DNA of 64,000 bases from Eukaryota sp. TZLM1-RC (GCA_040285825.1 JAUPSS010000002.1:1054001-1118000), one strand, 5' to 3'; positions 1 through 11,860 are shown, numbered from the stretch's first letter. Numbers and translations are program-made. Notes: a model not told the origin generated them from the sequence alone.

Positions 1-347
1 TTTTAAAACCAATATCTGTCAGTTTTATCTTGTGTTGAAACTGTCGTCAGCACAATAGTGTGCTGTGTAATAAAAATACAGTTTACAAAAAACAATAGTG
101 TGTGGGTTAGAAACGATTCAAATAAATAAACACTGTGAATATCAACTGAGAACACTAATGTAAAATAAAGGAAAGTTTTTGACTAATTCGTCACAATTAC
201 AATAATTATTTAATAATTATTTAATAATTTAAATTGATTTCCGGATTCATTTGAAATATAATTAATTCATTTAAATTCTCTAAATTATTGCATTCTGGCA
301 ACACCACCAAATTCATCAAATGCCTGCATGAAACAATACTAACTTTA

Positions 348-830
348 CTAAAGAAGCATCTCATGTCGGGAGATGGTTGGACCTTTTCTTCCCAGCAAAA
401 ATGGAAGGAATGGATTCCACTTTGCCAAATCTAACTCCATGATGCTAAGTTCGATTGTCCTCGATGTCAGACCAACTGGTTGTGAAATTCTCAAGTTTTG
501 AAAACACCACATTTCTACTTCCACCAGGACAGGAGAAGAGGTGAGGGTGGAGTTGAACTCATGAAGAAGACTGTATTGAGTGGGAATTGTGGACAGAGTA
601 GAAAGTAGGGAAGCAAGCATTTGTTTAGGTCTCATCGAAACAGAGAGGGAGAGAAGGGAGAATTGTTGAGATAGCTGAATGGGAAGAGGACAAGAGGTAA
701 AGGAAGGAGAAGGAAACTGGAAAAAAATGGAGTTTAGACGGAGTAACAACGACCAGAACAGCTAGAGGGTAAATCGATCTGATGTTGATGACCACTAATA
801 GCGATTCAGTGGATAGGCATTTGATACCAC
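348..830 (-). CDS. Hypothetical protein (5' structure uncertain, possibly spliced)
   Basis: 133-aa ORF 348-749 has coding-like composition and an overlapping upstream ORF in another frame. No recognisable domain. Confidence 0.3.
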
Positions 831-955
831 TATGGAAATATGCAATGAATTTGAAAAAAATTTGAAATTGCACTTAAACAACAAAAATTGATCGTGTATT
901 TATGGGAATTTCCCATGAATAGTCCAGCAAATAATTTTTCTACATTTTTGGTTCA

Positions 956-1879
956 ATGCAACCAACCAGGGGATCTGCCTTTTCTAAATGGACTCCACCA
1001 TCAAAGCAAAACCGTCCTGAATCCTTTACACAGTCGCAAGAAGATGCGTCACTTGAAACTGGACCACTGTTTTCCAGTGAAGAAATGAGTCAGAGTCAGC
1101 TCTCCCCAGATGCTGTACCACCAATTTCCATATCACATCATGCTCAACCTCTTTTCAGTAGCAATGAAATGACACCTTCCTCTCTTCCACTGCACCACCC
1201 TCCACATCTACCACCACCCGGAATACACACAGCCCAAACAGTGCCTGTCAGCACAGTAGCTCCTATTCCTCCTCCACCTCAACCACCGGCAATGTCTCCA
1301 CCCCAACCACCTTCAATGCAGCCTTCCTCCAACAATGGTAACTTTCCCTCTTCGCTCATGCAACTTCACCAACAAATACCAAACTTGACCCATGTCAAGA
1401 TTACCACCCACCATGGTGCTGTAAACTATTACATGGACAAGTCCCTCACACTGGATGCCAATGTGGCAACTCTTGTGCGTCAACAAAACATCAAATGGAC
1501 AGATATTACTGAGATTCATTTCTATCACTACTCCACTGACAATCGTCCTTCTCAATACCAACCTCCAAAAAGCGATTCACTATCAACAAAACGTTCTCTA
1601 CCAGCAGCTGCTGTGGATGAGATGACCCGCTGGTACAATGAGCACATATCTTACCCTTACCCCACCGAACCACAAAAGAAAAGCTTTTGCAGACATGGCA
1701 TTACACTACAGCAAGTCAATTATTGGTTTTCTAACAGAAGGAGGCGTAGTGGAAGAGGCCAAGGTCATCAAGTGCATGAGGTAAGGGGTACAATACCACA
1801 GCAACCATTGAGTGGCATGGAAGAGGCTCATCCTTACCCTAATAGTAATAATAGTGAGGTTATTGATATGAATAGTTAA
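956..1879 (+). CDS. TALE-class homeodomain transcription factor
   Basis: WYNEHISYPYPTEPQK...ITLQQVNYWFSNRRRR contains the PYP loop extension and the WFxNxR helix 3. N-terminus is Pro/Ser-rich. Confidence 0.9.
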   Translation: MQPTRGSAFSKWTPPSKQNRPESFTQSQEDASLETGPLFSSEEMSQSQLSPDAVPPISISHHAQPLFSSNEMTPSSLPLHHPPHLPPPGIHTAQTVPVSTVAPIPPPPQPPAMSPPQPPSMQPSSNNGNFPSSLMQLHQQIPNLTHVKITTHHGAVNYYMDKSLTLDANVATLVRQQNIKWTDITEIHFYHYSTDNRPSQYQPPKSDSLSTKRSLPAAAVDEMTRWYNEHISYPYPTEPQKKSFCRHGITLQQVNYWFSNRRRRSGRGQGHQVHEVRGTIPQQPLSGMEEAHPYPNSNNSEVIDMNS

Positions 1880-1968
1880 TATTTGCTGTAAGAAAAAAAT
1901 CTCACAGGTTTTAACAAAAAGAGATGGAATTATTTTATTTGATTGTACTATTAGATTTTAAAAATAAA

Positions 1969-3159
1969 TCACTGTTGCATTTCCTCTTCTTCTGTTTCTT
2001 TTATTGGCAATCCTCTAATGGTCATTAATGATGAAAGTCTGGTCGAATTTGCTTGACTATCATCAAATTTGTCTATTTCAATGTTAACTATCTTTTGAAT
2101 CTTTTCATAAATTTCTTTCTTAATCCAACCATATTTCAAGGTACAAATATCAGCTGGAGATTCATTCAAAAGTTCTTGCACTTGTGGAATGGGTAATTCA
2201 CACAGCATAACGATCAAGCATTTTTGGGTGGTGATGCTCTTTGGTTGAGAATGTTGCCGTGTTAGATAATCTAATTGAGCAGAATTTAAGTCCCGTATAT
2301 CAATGGTTTGAAACTTGCGCATTTGAGGATCTAAAGCCAAGTTTAATCCCTTTTTACATAAACACCTTCTCCATGGACCATTTTTGACCGAGTAGAACAA
2401 ATGAGCAATCACTTGACGGCACTGATTGACAGAATTAGCTTCCAATCTTGCCATTAATCTAGATCGTATCCACACAGGCGATTCGTTTAACAGCTGACTG
2501 ACATTATCATAGACCCCAATTGACTGGAGTCGTTGAGGAGCCTCTGTAACTTCAGGAACCTTGCCATTGACAAGATCTTCAAAGGAAACATTAATGGTCG
2601 AGACCGGTAAAAATGAAGATTGTGGAGGACTAACTACCTGAGTAACGTTCTCGTTCTGTTCATCAACGACTTCACTAGTGTCATTAATCAATGAAAAGGC
2701 ACCTGGGACAGATTTGAGAATTGAATTCCAACTCGGATGGTAGACATCGGTGTAGCGGCTAAACTTTGAAACGGGGAAGAAAATGTCATCAATCGGTGGT
2801 TCATCGTCTGTTTCTGCAAGTGTTTGAAGAGGAGTTTCAGGTACTAGAACTTGGTGATCAGCAATGTTGGGAAATGAAAAGGTTTGTGTAATAGTTCCAG
2901 TACAGTGTGCACTGATGGATGACTGTGAGGAGTCAATGTTGAGCAGAAAAGAACAGGAACTGTTAACCTTCCCTTGGATAGGGACAGGGCAGGAAGTTGT
3001 CTCTTTGAAAAATAGTTTAAGAGGCGCTTTCTCTGTAATTGCCTTTGTCAATGAGCCATATCCCCCTAAAAAGGAAACAGCACGCCCACTGTTTAGAACT
3101 CTTCCAGGAAATTCAATACAAGAGTGGGGTTGTTTATTCAGAGAAAAAGTAATACTCAT
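1969..3159 (-). CDS. GTF3C5: TFIIIC subunit tau95/Tfc1
   Basis: N-terminal CIEFPGRV...AVSFLGG and central FYSVKNGPWRR...DPQMRKFQTIDIR motifs. First ATG is at 3159. Confidence 0.85.
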   Translation of the reverse strand: MSITFSLNKQPHSCIEFPGRVLNSGRAVSFLGGYGSLTKAITEKAPLKLFFKETTSCPVPIQGKVNSSCSFLLNIDSSQSSISAHCTGTITQTFSFPNIADHQVLVPETPLQTLAETDDEPPIDDIFFPVSKFSRYTDVYHPSWNSILKSVPGAFSLINDTSEVVDEQNENVTQVVSPPQSSFLPVSTINVSFEDLVNGKVPEVTEAPQRLQSIGVYDNVSQLLNESPVWIRSRLMARLEANSVNQCRQVIAHLFYSVKNGPWRRCLCKKGLNLALDPQMRKFQTIDIRDLNSAQLDYLTRQHSQPKSITTQKCLIVMLCELPIPQVQELLNESPADICTLKYGWIKKEIYEKIQKIVNIEIDKFDDSQANSTRLSSLMTIRGLPIKETEEEEMQQ

Positions 3160-3237
3160 ATGGACATCAGCTAACAGCACAGAAACGTCAAATAGTAGTA
3201 ACCCGTTGAGATTACTGGAATATGAAGATGAAATGAA

Positions 3238-3790
3238 TCAAATTGATCTTTTCATTTGACGATATTGATCCACAACATGAATCATATCAAAAACAGCATT
3301 GACATTACGATTCCATAGATATCCACACTTCTTGCAAGTGAGTATTTCATGTCTGACGATCGTCGGAGTCTTTGCTCTCCTGTAAGGTATTGGGTTAGGT
3401 ACTCTATGTTTCTTTACATTTTCACCTTCTTTTTCCTCGAGTACACATACATCACATAGACAACTTGTTCTATATTGATCCAGTAGCAATAGACGTAAGT
3501 TACGTTTTTCAAACATCTTTTGATATCCAACAATTTTTTATACATACTTGATGCCTAAAATTGATTTGATTCCAATCACTCATCACTACAATGCTGTTTT
3601 CTGTGCCTCCAAACTTATTTTCAAATTCATTCATCCATTTTGCTTCAAACCTCTCTGTGGCCATGAATCTTTAAAGTTTCATGACTCTCAATTCTTTATT
3701 AAAGTGAAAAGCTCCAAGGTGGAGAGAACAGTTGTTCTTTGCCTTGCAGTAATATAGGAATTCTTCATGATCTAGGGTTTTCTTTGAAAA
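3238..3790 (-). pseudogene. Fanzor (eukaryotic TnpB) C-terminal remnant, family F1
   Basis: Reads ...NKFGGTENSIVVMSDWNQ... then LLLDQYRTSCLCDVC...RHEILTCKKCGYLWNRNVNA (RuvC-II, Zn ribbon, RuvC-III). A stop and a frameshift lie upstream. Confidence 0.8.
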
Positions 3791-4379
3791 TTGTTTTAAT
3801 TCTTCTTCCCATTTCTTTACAATTTCGTTTTGATAAATTCATGATTTTTTAGCATCCTTACAGAATTTTTGTTGGTCTTTGTTGACAGTTTCTCTTCTTC
3901 TTTGAGGAGCAGTTAGTCTCTTAAAAGTAAATTCCTTTAGTTTTGTTTTTTGGTTTTCATTCGCAGGTTTAGACGTAAATTTGGAAGTGATCGGGTGGGA
4001 ATTTCTTAAACATTTTGAGGAAAACACTGAATCCAGATATCACTAGGCAAATTATCTAATTCAATTTTTTTGTAATTCTAATTCAATTTGAAGTTGATTC
4101 AAATAAAAATTTGATTCACAATGGATCAAATGAACATCATAAGGAAACCTTTGGAACTATTCAAAACTAAAATTTTTTCCACCTCCTAAAATAGCTGCTT
4201 TACATAAACTCGAAGATTTCGTGAAACCAATTTCACCAATTCAGCAGAACAAACAACATGACTTCGAATTCAAGATTCATTTACCTCCAATAAAGAAAAA
4301 AAAATTTGACCCGAAGTTTGTTGAAAGATCTACAAAAATTAAGAGATACTGAAGGAGGAGTTGACGTTAAAATATGAGT

Positions 4380-4820
4380 GAATTTTCCAGAATAACAACT
4401 TTTTAAAATAAAAATTTGATGTGTTTCTCAATATTACATTCAGCAATAAAACTAGGATCCTTGTCAAAATTCTCCAATAAATTGTTCAACTGGAAATAAA
4501 TTTCATCCAATTTACCTAACCAACATTCAAGAAACTTGAACGCTTGTTGAAAACAGAACTGGAAGAATATTTGACTGAACCTTTTGGCAAAATAGAATTG
4601 TATTTTCTATTTTTAAGAGAATGTATAGCCTTGTTTCTAGCTCGTTGTTATCACTAGGAAGATTTTATAAAGAAAATGTTGTAGGTAAATTTTCAATGGT
4701 AGATGTGAACTTTGAGGAAATTTGGAGATTTAGCGAAATTAATTCCACCAAAATTAGATGATGAAAATACATGACTTCAAATTAGTTCAGGATTGACATC
4801 AATCAAAGATGCAAAAAATT
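4380..4820. mobile_element. Mosaic of short CRE-like retrotransposon fragments (families B and C)
   Basis: 4575-4720 matches 26460-26610 and 4740-4818 matches 8302-8378. Confidence 0.7.
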
Positions 4821-4954
4821 GTTTTTAGGTGGTTATACGAGCGGCAAAAATCACGCGAAATATTCGGCTCTGCTTCACTATTCAATCTAAATCAAAAGAG
4901 TATTAATATTTTATTAAAGTTCCAAAACACAACACCATAAAATTGATCACCAAC

Positions 4955-6985
4955 TCACTTTCTCGTCCTTTTTTGTCTCCTCATCCTATCACCAAATATA
5001 TCGTGTTTTGGTTTCGTGTTCCTCCTCTTGACGCCTGCATCATGGAACACTTCCTCGGACTCTTGTTGTGTTAGAGACTGTTCCATTCCAGGTACATTTG
5101 CAGATACCAATAAATCTAAAATTTCATCTGGGTTACTTTTAAAGTCAACATCAGGGAAAAGTTTCAAAATCTTCATCATTGTGACTGTAAGAACCGGTTG
5201 TTCAATTGAATTAACATCACTAGTCAACTTATCAATATTAGGTTGGGGGTATTCAGAATTTGCTTCCAAAAAACAAGTTTGCTCGCCCGTTTCATTTGTG
5301 GTGTAGTACTTTGAAAAATCCCGTTTTTCCTGACTTAATTCTTGAGAAGAATCTTGAAGGAGAAAGACCTCAGGGGCATCTGTTGGCCAGAAATATCCTT
5401 GCTTGGTTCTACAGGCTAGTGGGTAGAGAGGGGCAAGAGAAAAGGAAGAAGTTTGTTTCTTCTCTAATTGCCAAACTCTATCCAAATTACCAAACATTAG
5501 CTCAAAATTAACGTAAGCACTATAGACTTCTCTTGACGGATGACGTGATAGAACACGTTCAAACAAAAGCCTGCAATTACGCTCATCTTTGATTCGAATT
5601 AAAAAATCAGAATAGGCTAATACGAATGAAGATTTATCAGAAAAAAACTTCAATCCCCGTTCAAAAATCTTTTGAGCTGCAGTATCATCATTGTTAAGAC
5701 TTGATTCTAACTGGGCGACTGCCAGGTATACGTGATGATTCACGTAACTTGAGTCCTTGAGAGACCTCACAAATGCTTTTCTACCCCCGTCTTTCCCTGC
5801 AGTCCTTCTTTTAAAGAGTATATACTGTACAAAACCTTCTGGCGATGGATATGATTCTAAAAAGCTTTCAAAAACATTACTAGCAAGAGGCAAATCGTTC
5901 ACCAACTCATAGAAATCAATTCTGGAAAAAACAAACAAAGGATGATGACCTAAAAACTTAGAGCCTCTTTCGTAAACGTGCTTAGCATCTTCAGTTTTAC
6001 CAATAGAGAAAAGATAGTGGGCGTAGCGATGCCAGACCTCGGTAAGCCGGCCAAGACAAATAGTCATTTGATCAAAAGAAAGGATTGTTCTTTTTTTGAC
6101 CCGGTCTTCATCAGTCAAGGGATTTGTGAGCTCAAACTCAATCAACTTTGACCACGCAAGAAACTGATCCCCACTACTCCTTGACTCAGCAGGAACTGAC
6201 AACCTAGACATATCAAGCGACAGCCTCCTGCTTTCAACTTCCTTCAACACCGCTCTTGCTTCCAAGTATTTTGGTTGTACTTCTGCAATGTGTGAGGAAT
6301 GTGTTTGTGGAGAGTGAATATTCTCAAAGGAAACATAGTCTTCCCAGAGAGCATCACTACCTTTGAGGGGAGTAGTGAGGGCTCTGTGATAAACAAATCT
6401 TATGGTGGAAATTTTCTTATTTTCATCAAAGGCTGTGGTGTAATTTCGAGAGTTCAGTAGGCTTATGTATTCTTTATAAAGTACGAGAGAGGAAGGATCC
6501 TCACCAACCTCATTGAGGGAATATTCAAAGGCTAAAGAAGCTTCCTTGAACTGTTCTTCAGAGAGAAAGGTCAGGTCAGGAAAAGTGTCAATATTAGCAT
6601 CATCAGGGGAGAAGGCTCTTGACTGATCACGAGAAACATAACGTACATATAGACGGTAGAGATCTACATCCTTACAAAGAGCGAGAGCTTCGTTAAATCT
6701 TGTGTCTGCAGAGTCAAAGTGTTGAGAGATCAGGTCGATTGAAATTAGCTTCAACCAATAGCGCGGCGTTGTGGGAAAGACAGAAAGAAATCTTTCAAGG
6801 ATGTCGATAGCAAGTTCTTGTGGAAAAGTGTGCAGTGAAAGCAGTAAATGCTTCCATGTAAAAAGAGAAAAAGGGTCTTCTTGAATCTCAGTGAAAGAAT
6901 CTAAAACCGTTGTTGGTGTAGATTTGGGAAACGAACGTTGTAGTATGTGTGCTGTTTCTAAAGGTACTGAAGCATACTCACCCAT
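4955..6985 (-). CDS. CSTF3: Cleavage stimulation factor 77 kDa subunit / Rna14 (HAT repeats)
   Basis: HAT repeats (ERFLSVFPTTPRYW; IRFVYHRALTTPL...LWEDYVSFEN; AQKIFERGLKFF; ERNCRLLFERVL) and C-terminal DIFGDRMR. ATG at 6985. Confidence 0.9.
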   Translation of the reverse strand: MGEYASVPLETAHILQRSFPKSTPTTVLDSFTEIQEDPFSLFTWKHLLLSLHTFPQELAIDILERFLSVFPTTPRYWLKLISIDLISQHFDSADTRFNEALALCKDVDLYRLYVRYVSRDQSRAFSPDDANIDTFPDLTFLSEEQFKEASLAFEYSLNEVGEDPSSLVLYKEYISLLNSRNYTTAFDENKKISTIRFVYHRALTTPLKGSDALWEDYVSFENIHSPQTHSSHIAEVQPKYLEARAVLKEVESRRLSLDMSRLSVPAESRSSGDQFLAWSKLIEFELTNPLTDEDRVKKRTILSFDQMTICLGRLTEVWHRYAHYLFSIGKTEDAKHVYERGSKFLGHHPLFVFSRIDFYELVNDLPLASNVFESFLESYPSPEGFVQYILFKRRTAGKDGGRKAFVRSLKDSSYVNHHVYLAVAQLESSLNNDDTAAQKIFERGLKFFSDKSSFVLAYSDFLIRIKDERNCRLLFERVLSRHPSREVYSAYVNFELMFGNLDRVWQLEKKQTSSFSLAPLYPLACRTKQGYFWPTDAPEVFLLQDSSQELSQEKRDFSKYYTTNETGEQTCFLEANSEYPQPNIDKLTSDVNSIEQPVLTVTMMKILKLFPDVDFKSNPDEILDLLVSANVPGMEQSLTQQESEEVFHDAGVKRRNTKPKHDIFGDRMRRQKRTRK

Positions 6986-7038
6986 GATTAAGGGAAAAAT
7001 AACCAGAAGAAATCGTAAAGGCAAACTATAAGAAGTGT

Positions 7039-8960
7039 ATTCCCATGTGTACACGATCAACTTTCGTGCGGAATAATTACAAAATCTATTTGCTACACAG
7101 ATACTGATATTTTAAGATATATGATTTATTTCAATAAAAAGCTATACGACAAAGTTAAAATTCTATATCTTCATAACCCAAATCAGCCAAGAACAATTGG
7201 CTGGAAGTTTTTCTTTCATAAAAGCGTCCAAGAGATAACAAAGCTGAGGATAATAAGGGATCAACACCTTTGAAAATTGAAAATACAATTCTGTTTTGCC
7301 AAAAACTCTTGTCAAAAACTCTTCCGGTAGGTTGTTTCACAATTTCAACAAAATCATCCAAGAAAGATAAAGCAAGTGGTCCGAGCGAGCCATGAAGGGA
7401 AACTGTAAATGAACAGAGGACATAATGAGTATGCGATTCTGCATTTAAGGATAGCAATTTGCTTTATATTTGTCAATTTTGGCTTTTTCGGAAACAGATA
7501 AGGGGTCCTTATATTTTGATTGAGCCATTGGAATAAATGAAACATTAAACAAATCAGTGGATCTCACATCAGTAATAATAATCGTCCCTTCAAGACCTCC
7601 AAGCATTAAATCACCCCTATTTCGACCAAAATAATTCAAAGTATCTTCATCAACCAAATGGGAGAGTAATGTTTCTAAATAGGAAACAATTTTATGTGAT
7701 TTCGACATACAAAAGAGTTGATGTCCTACTGCATCATGAACTTTTGATCGGAAAGTAATAAAATGTTTACAATTGAATAGATGATTTGGAGAAATTTTTG
7801 ATCCACATTTACAAATCAAATTATGAGGCAAGTTATCAGGCAAAATGAAACAGCGAAGGCGCATTGTACAAGAAAATTCGGTATCATTTAAAAGAAGAAC
7901 ATAAATTTGAGGAATCTGAGTGATTGAACACGAAAACGAACTGTTTTGGGCATCTTACAAAAATTTGCGAAAGCTGGATTATCTTTTTTGGCCGAGCCAA
8001 GACGAACATTAAAATCCAAACCTTCAAAAATTATTGTTAACTTTTGGTGCAATTTTTTGACACAATACCTCAAATTAACTAGTGTTCTAGATGGTATTTC
8101 CTGCACATTGTCGGGAAAACTTTTACTCCAGATTCTAGGGGGCAAACAATCAAGAGCATTTTCAAGGTCTCTTAGATAATTATTGCTTGTAAAATTCAAT
8201 AAATTAACATCATTGGGAAAACGGTTGCAAAATTCAAAAACAAAATCTTTCCCTCCACCAAGAAAAGCAGCTTGACAGAAAATAAACGATTTAGTGAGAT
8301 TAATTCCACCAAAATTAGATGATGAAAATACATGACTTCGAATTAGTTCAGGATTGACATCAATCAAAGATGCAAAAAAATTCTACACAGATATTGAGGT
8401 CTTTCATTACCACTTTTTTTGGCTTCGGCAATTACAATCATATTCAGACAAGCCAGCTTATTTCTACTGGAAAGCATAGTGGAGCCTTTATTTCTGAATT
8501 TGCAACTGTCACTGTTACAAGCTAATAAACCATGACATGTAGTAGCACTAGTCTTTTCTCTCTTATGGAATTTGGGATTTGTTACTCTCAAAAACGTAAC
8601 AACCCTTTCAAAACAAACAGGGCATTTTGCTGAAGTCAATGCTTCATTGATCATCAATACTTCAAATCCATTTCTTTTCAGAAATTGAATCCATCCAATG
8701 CCTTTAGTAGGTCTCTGATGTTTCAAATTCTTGGATCCTTTTTATTTTAATCACCCATTAGTATCAAAGTGTCTTTTGGATTGCCAAACTGCTGAACAAG
8801 ATTTTTTAACAACCATTTTTCAGTCTTTTGCTTGTGAATAAAAGCTTGCATTTTTTGAATGCTCCACAAGTCAAGACTGTAAAAGTCAATTGTTTATGAA
8901 TCCAATTGGTTGACAAATTTTGCTATCAAACTCACATTCAGCATTCAAGGTTTGTAATCT
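7039..8960 (-). pseudogene. Fanzor family F2 remnant including its 3' end, split by a retrotransposon insertion
   Basis: 8364-8726 reads HQRPTKGIGW...INEALTSAKCPVC...HGLLACNSDSC...SRNKLACLNM...RPQYLC. The last codons resume at 7107 after a 15-bp duplication. 7039-7107 matches the intact F2 end at 44588-44655. Confidence 0.85.
7108..8382 (-). mobile_element. 5'-truncated CRE/R2-like non-LTR retrotransposon, family B, with TSD
   Basis: CKCG...HLFNC...HDAV, RGDL...D...KIDKY (REL endonuclease). Flanked by ctacacagata(c/t)tga at 7093-7107 and 8383-8397. Confidence 0.9.
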
Positions 8961-8967
8961 CTTCCGA

Positions 8968-9300
8968 TCAGAAAATTATTGGTACCAGTATGATCTGGAG
9001 TTCGATTCTTAAAATCACTTGAGTGGCCAAGCTACCCACATTTAGGGCGAGGACACCACTTGCACATCCTAGGGTCGTAGAGCGAATAGCATTTGCCGAT
9101 AGGTATTTGACGGTTTTATTGTCATTAACCGTCGTATTACGTTTTAAGGCTAAGTCCATTGACAATGCTGAGAATGTAGCTCCATTATCAATTTCGCTTT
9201 GTACTTCCGCGATATTTATAGTACAAGTTAACCAGCGTTCCCCGTTAGAACTTACTTGGTTACTTGCCACCCTTGACAGTCTTACGCTGTGGATAGAACC
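8968..9300 (-). pseudogene. Retropepsin-like aspartic protease fragment (Ty3/gypsy remnant)
   Basis: INIAEVQSEIDNGATFSALSMDLA resembles the D(S/T)GA motif, followed by a flap-like YLSANAIRSTTLG. Confidence 0.55.
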
Positions 9301-9559
9301 CACAGGATTGAACGACTCTTTAAATCTTTTTAATAAATTTAGGTGATTGCAAACCGAATCAGTTTTGCTCCTTTTATATATACTACTGATTGTGTTTGGT
9401 GTAAGGTTGTTGTTTAAAGATGTATACTCATCTGATTTATTTACACTACGCATATTGTATGGAAAATTACTCTACATTTGTACTTGGCATTGAATTCATC
9501 CCTTTAAATTTTATGATTGTTCATTGTTAACTCTTTATATGCCTAACTGAATTTTAATT

Positions 9560-10690
9560 TATTTTCTACGTAATTACAAAACAAAACCAATTATAACACA
9601 TGAGAAACAAAATTCTTCACGCCAACTCTTAATGAATCCTTATACAGCTTGGACATCATTAACGTTAAATACTTGGGAACACTTCTATACAAAGCAAACA
9701 TGATACGATTCTTCCATAAATACCCAGCAAAATTCTTACCACTTGAACGACAAAAATTATCACTATTTTCAAAATTATCAATTATTATTACGAAATTCAG
9801 CCTTGTTCAGGTGGCCATTAGTACTAACTAAGACATCATCATGTCAAATTGAAAATAAGGGATCAACAGTAGTAAAATCAACAACTTGAGAGGAATCCAC
9901 AAAAGGAGCAATTAAATCACCACGACGAGAATCAAACAAATTATTATCGCTATAAAGCTTCAACAAGGGTTCTACTTTGCAATTGAAATTGTAACACTTA
10001 AATATTTTATATATCACATCATGAACAGCATAATGAAGAACTGACCGATATTGAAGAAACTTCTTACAATTCACAATATGACGGAAATTGGCAGACGGTT
10101 TTTCGTTACAAATACAAGCAGAAGTATCCAAAAGTCCACTTGGATACAACCCCAATCTCAACCCCATGTTTTGTTTCCAAGTTTCATTTGTTAAGTGAAA
10201 ATCAAGTGGCCTTGGTTGCTGAGAAATTAAACTAGTGCAATTATGGATTTCTGACAAAAAGGCAGCAAATACGGGATTATAAATCTTAGTCACACTAAGT
10301 CGTCTAGGAAAATCCAGGTCTTCAAAACAATTTAGAAAAGCCTTTTGTAATTTCACAACAGCAAGATGAAGATTAGTCACAGATCTCGAAGGGATAGAAG
10401 GCAAATTTGAAGGAAAACACTAATTGCGCAGATCAATAAGTAATTCTTGCACCATATTTTCGAGAGACTTCAATAAAGGATGTGATTTATTCAAAGAAAT
10501 TTCATCAAATCGGAGTTTCCACTCAAAAAGTAAATTTTTCATACCACCAATGAGAGCATTATTTGCATAAATATTCCGCTTTTGAAAAGCAAACTCCAGC
10601 AAAATTAGGACTAAAAAATGCATGATAAGGAATTTTTGACGGACATATTCCCACCAAATTACCTAAAAAAATCTCAAAGCATAACTTATT
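9560..10690 (-). mobile_element. CRE-like non-LTR retrotransposon 3' fragment, family D
   Basis: Near-identical to 50750-51970 with an internal deletion. CIC...HIVNC...H and RRGDL motifs. Confidence 0.85.
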
Positions 10691-11321
10691 TTTGTTTTTT
10701 GTTTTTCTTGATGGTTCTGGACAACACTCCGTCTCTCGCATTTTTATTTAACATTATAAATTTAGCACTATATATTTCAGATTGTTTCTTTACCATTGTT
10801 TTAGCATTTGTAGTTTATAGAACAGCCGTTGGTCTCAATCATTCGTACTTGTAGATGTTTGATGGCACTTCGGTGGTTGTTTATCATTGACGAATAACAG
10901 AAACAGTCTTCTTTTATTAAATGAATAGAATGAATAAATAAATAATAACACCAAAAATATAAATCTTGAACAATATTGACTACAGATGAGAAGAAAACCT
11001 ACTGGTTGGCCCTTCTAATGACTATCCCCCAATCATAAAGATATCACAGTACTGAAGACTAAGATGGATGAGACTACGTTTAATGCGCAGGTGAAGAGCA
11101 AAGACCAGCGTTTGAAATGGAGTTATCGTCAAGAATGATCATGTTTAACACTAGGAAGTTTTAGTTACTTCAAAACTCCATTGTATACATTGTTTCTAAC
11201 CTTGATTGATTTTATTGATCAATCATGATCACTGCCAAAGTGCAGCTGAAATAAGAAATTTTAATAACAACTGTCCTAGAAAACAGTACCTTACTTAACA
11301 GATTCCTATATCAGATTCCCC

Positions 11322-11860
11322 TTGTTTACTGCAATAGAAAACCCAGAAAACAATAATGTCATCAAAGAAATTTCAGATGAACCAGACAATTTGAAACCTG
11401 ATTTTTGCCGGGATGAAAAAATTCAAAGAGGTGTTCAAATGATACAAATAGATAAATCTCATAACCTTGTATTAGAATCATCACAGTTCTTTCTTTTGAC
11501 ATCTAAGAGTGGAGCTGATTTGTCTTCTTGTTCTTATACAATTTTGGAAACATTCAATGAAAAAGGATTACTTTATCAATTTAATCTCAACCTCGAAAAA
11601 TGGCGTCCATTGTTGATCTGTGGTTATAATATCAACGCATTTGATATACCATTTATTCTTAAACGGATGGAATTAATGAAATATCATTTGATTTCAATAT
11701 TGCACTCTCCTCTGATCAATCTCCTTTTTCCTGGTTTTTCAAAAGATGGGTTATTCACACTTACCTTGCTGGTCTGTTTTCGTTAGACCTTTACAAAATT
11801 TATCGATCCACTTATTCGTTTCCCGGAGGAAGATCTTTGGAAAATGTTTGTTCATCTTAA
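11322..11860 (+). pseudogene. Family B DNA polymerase 3'-5' exonuclease fragment
   Basis: ExoII motif LICGYNINAFDIPFILKRME, with a frameshifted continuation LDLYKIYRSTYSFPGGRSLENVC. Confidence 0.65.

Noticed and set aside
888-1088. Short ORFs and non-ATG extensions (MIVYLWEF at 888, MIVYTWEY at 7060, MLQTLSVK at 27704) and many antisense ORFs
   Set aside because: These are translations of shared non-coding element ends or shadows of real genes and TEs.
4740-8380. Two family B fragments ending at the same point (4818 and 8378)
   Set aside because: Both stop in a homopolymer run. Microhomology or chance is sufficient with only two cases.
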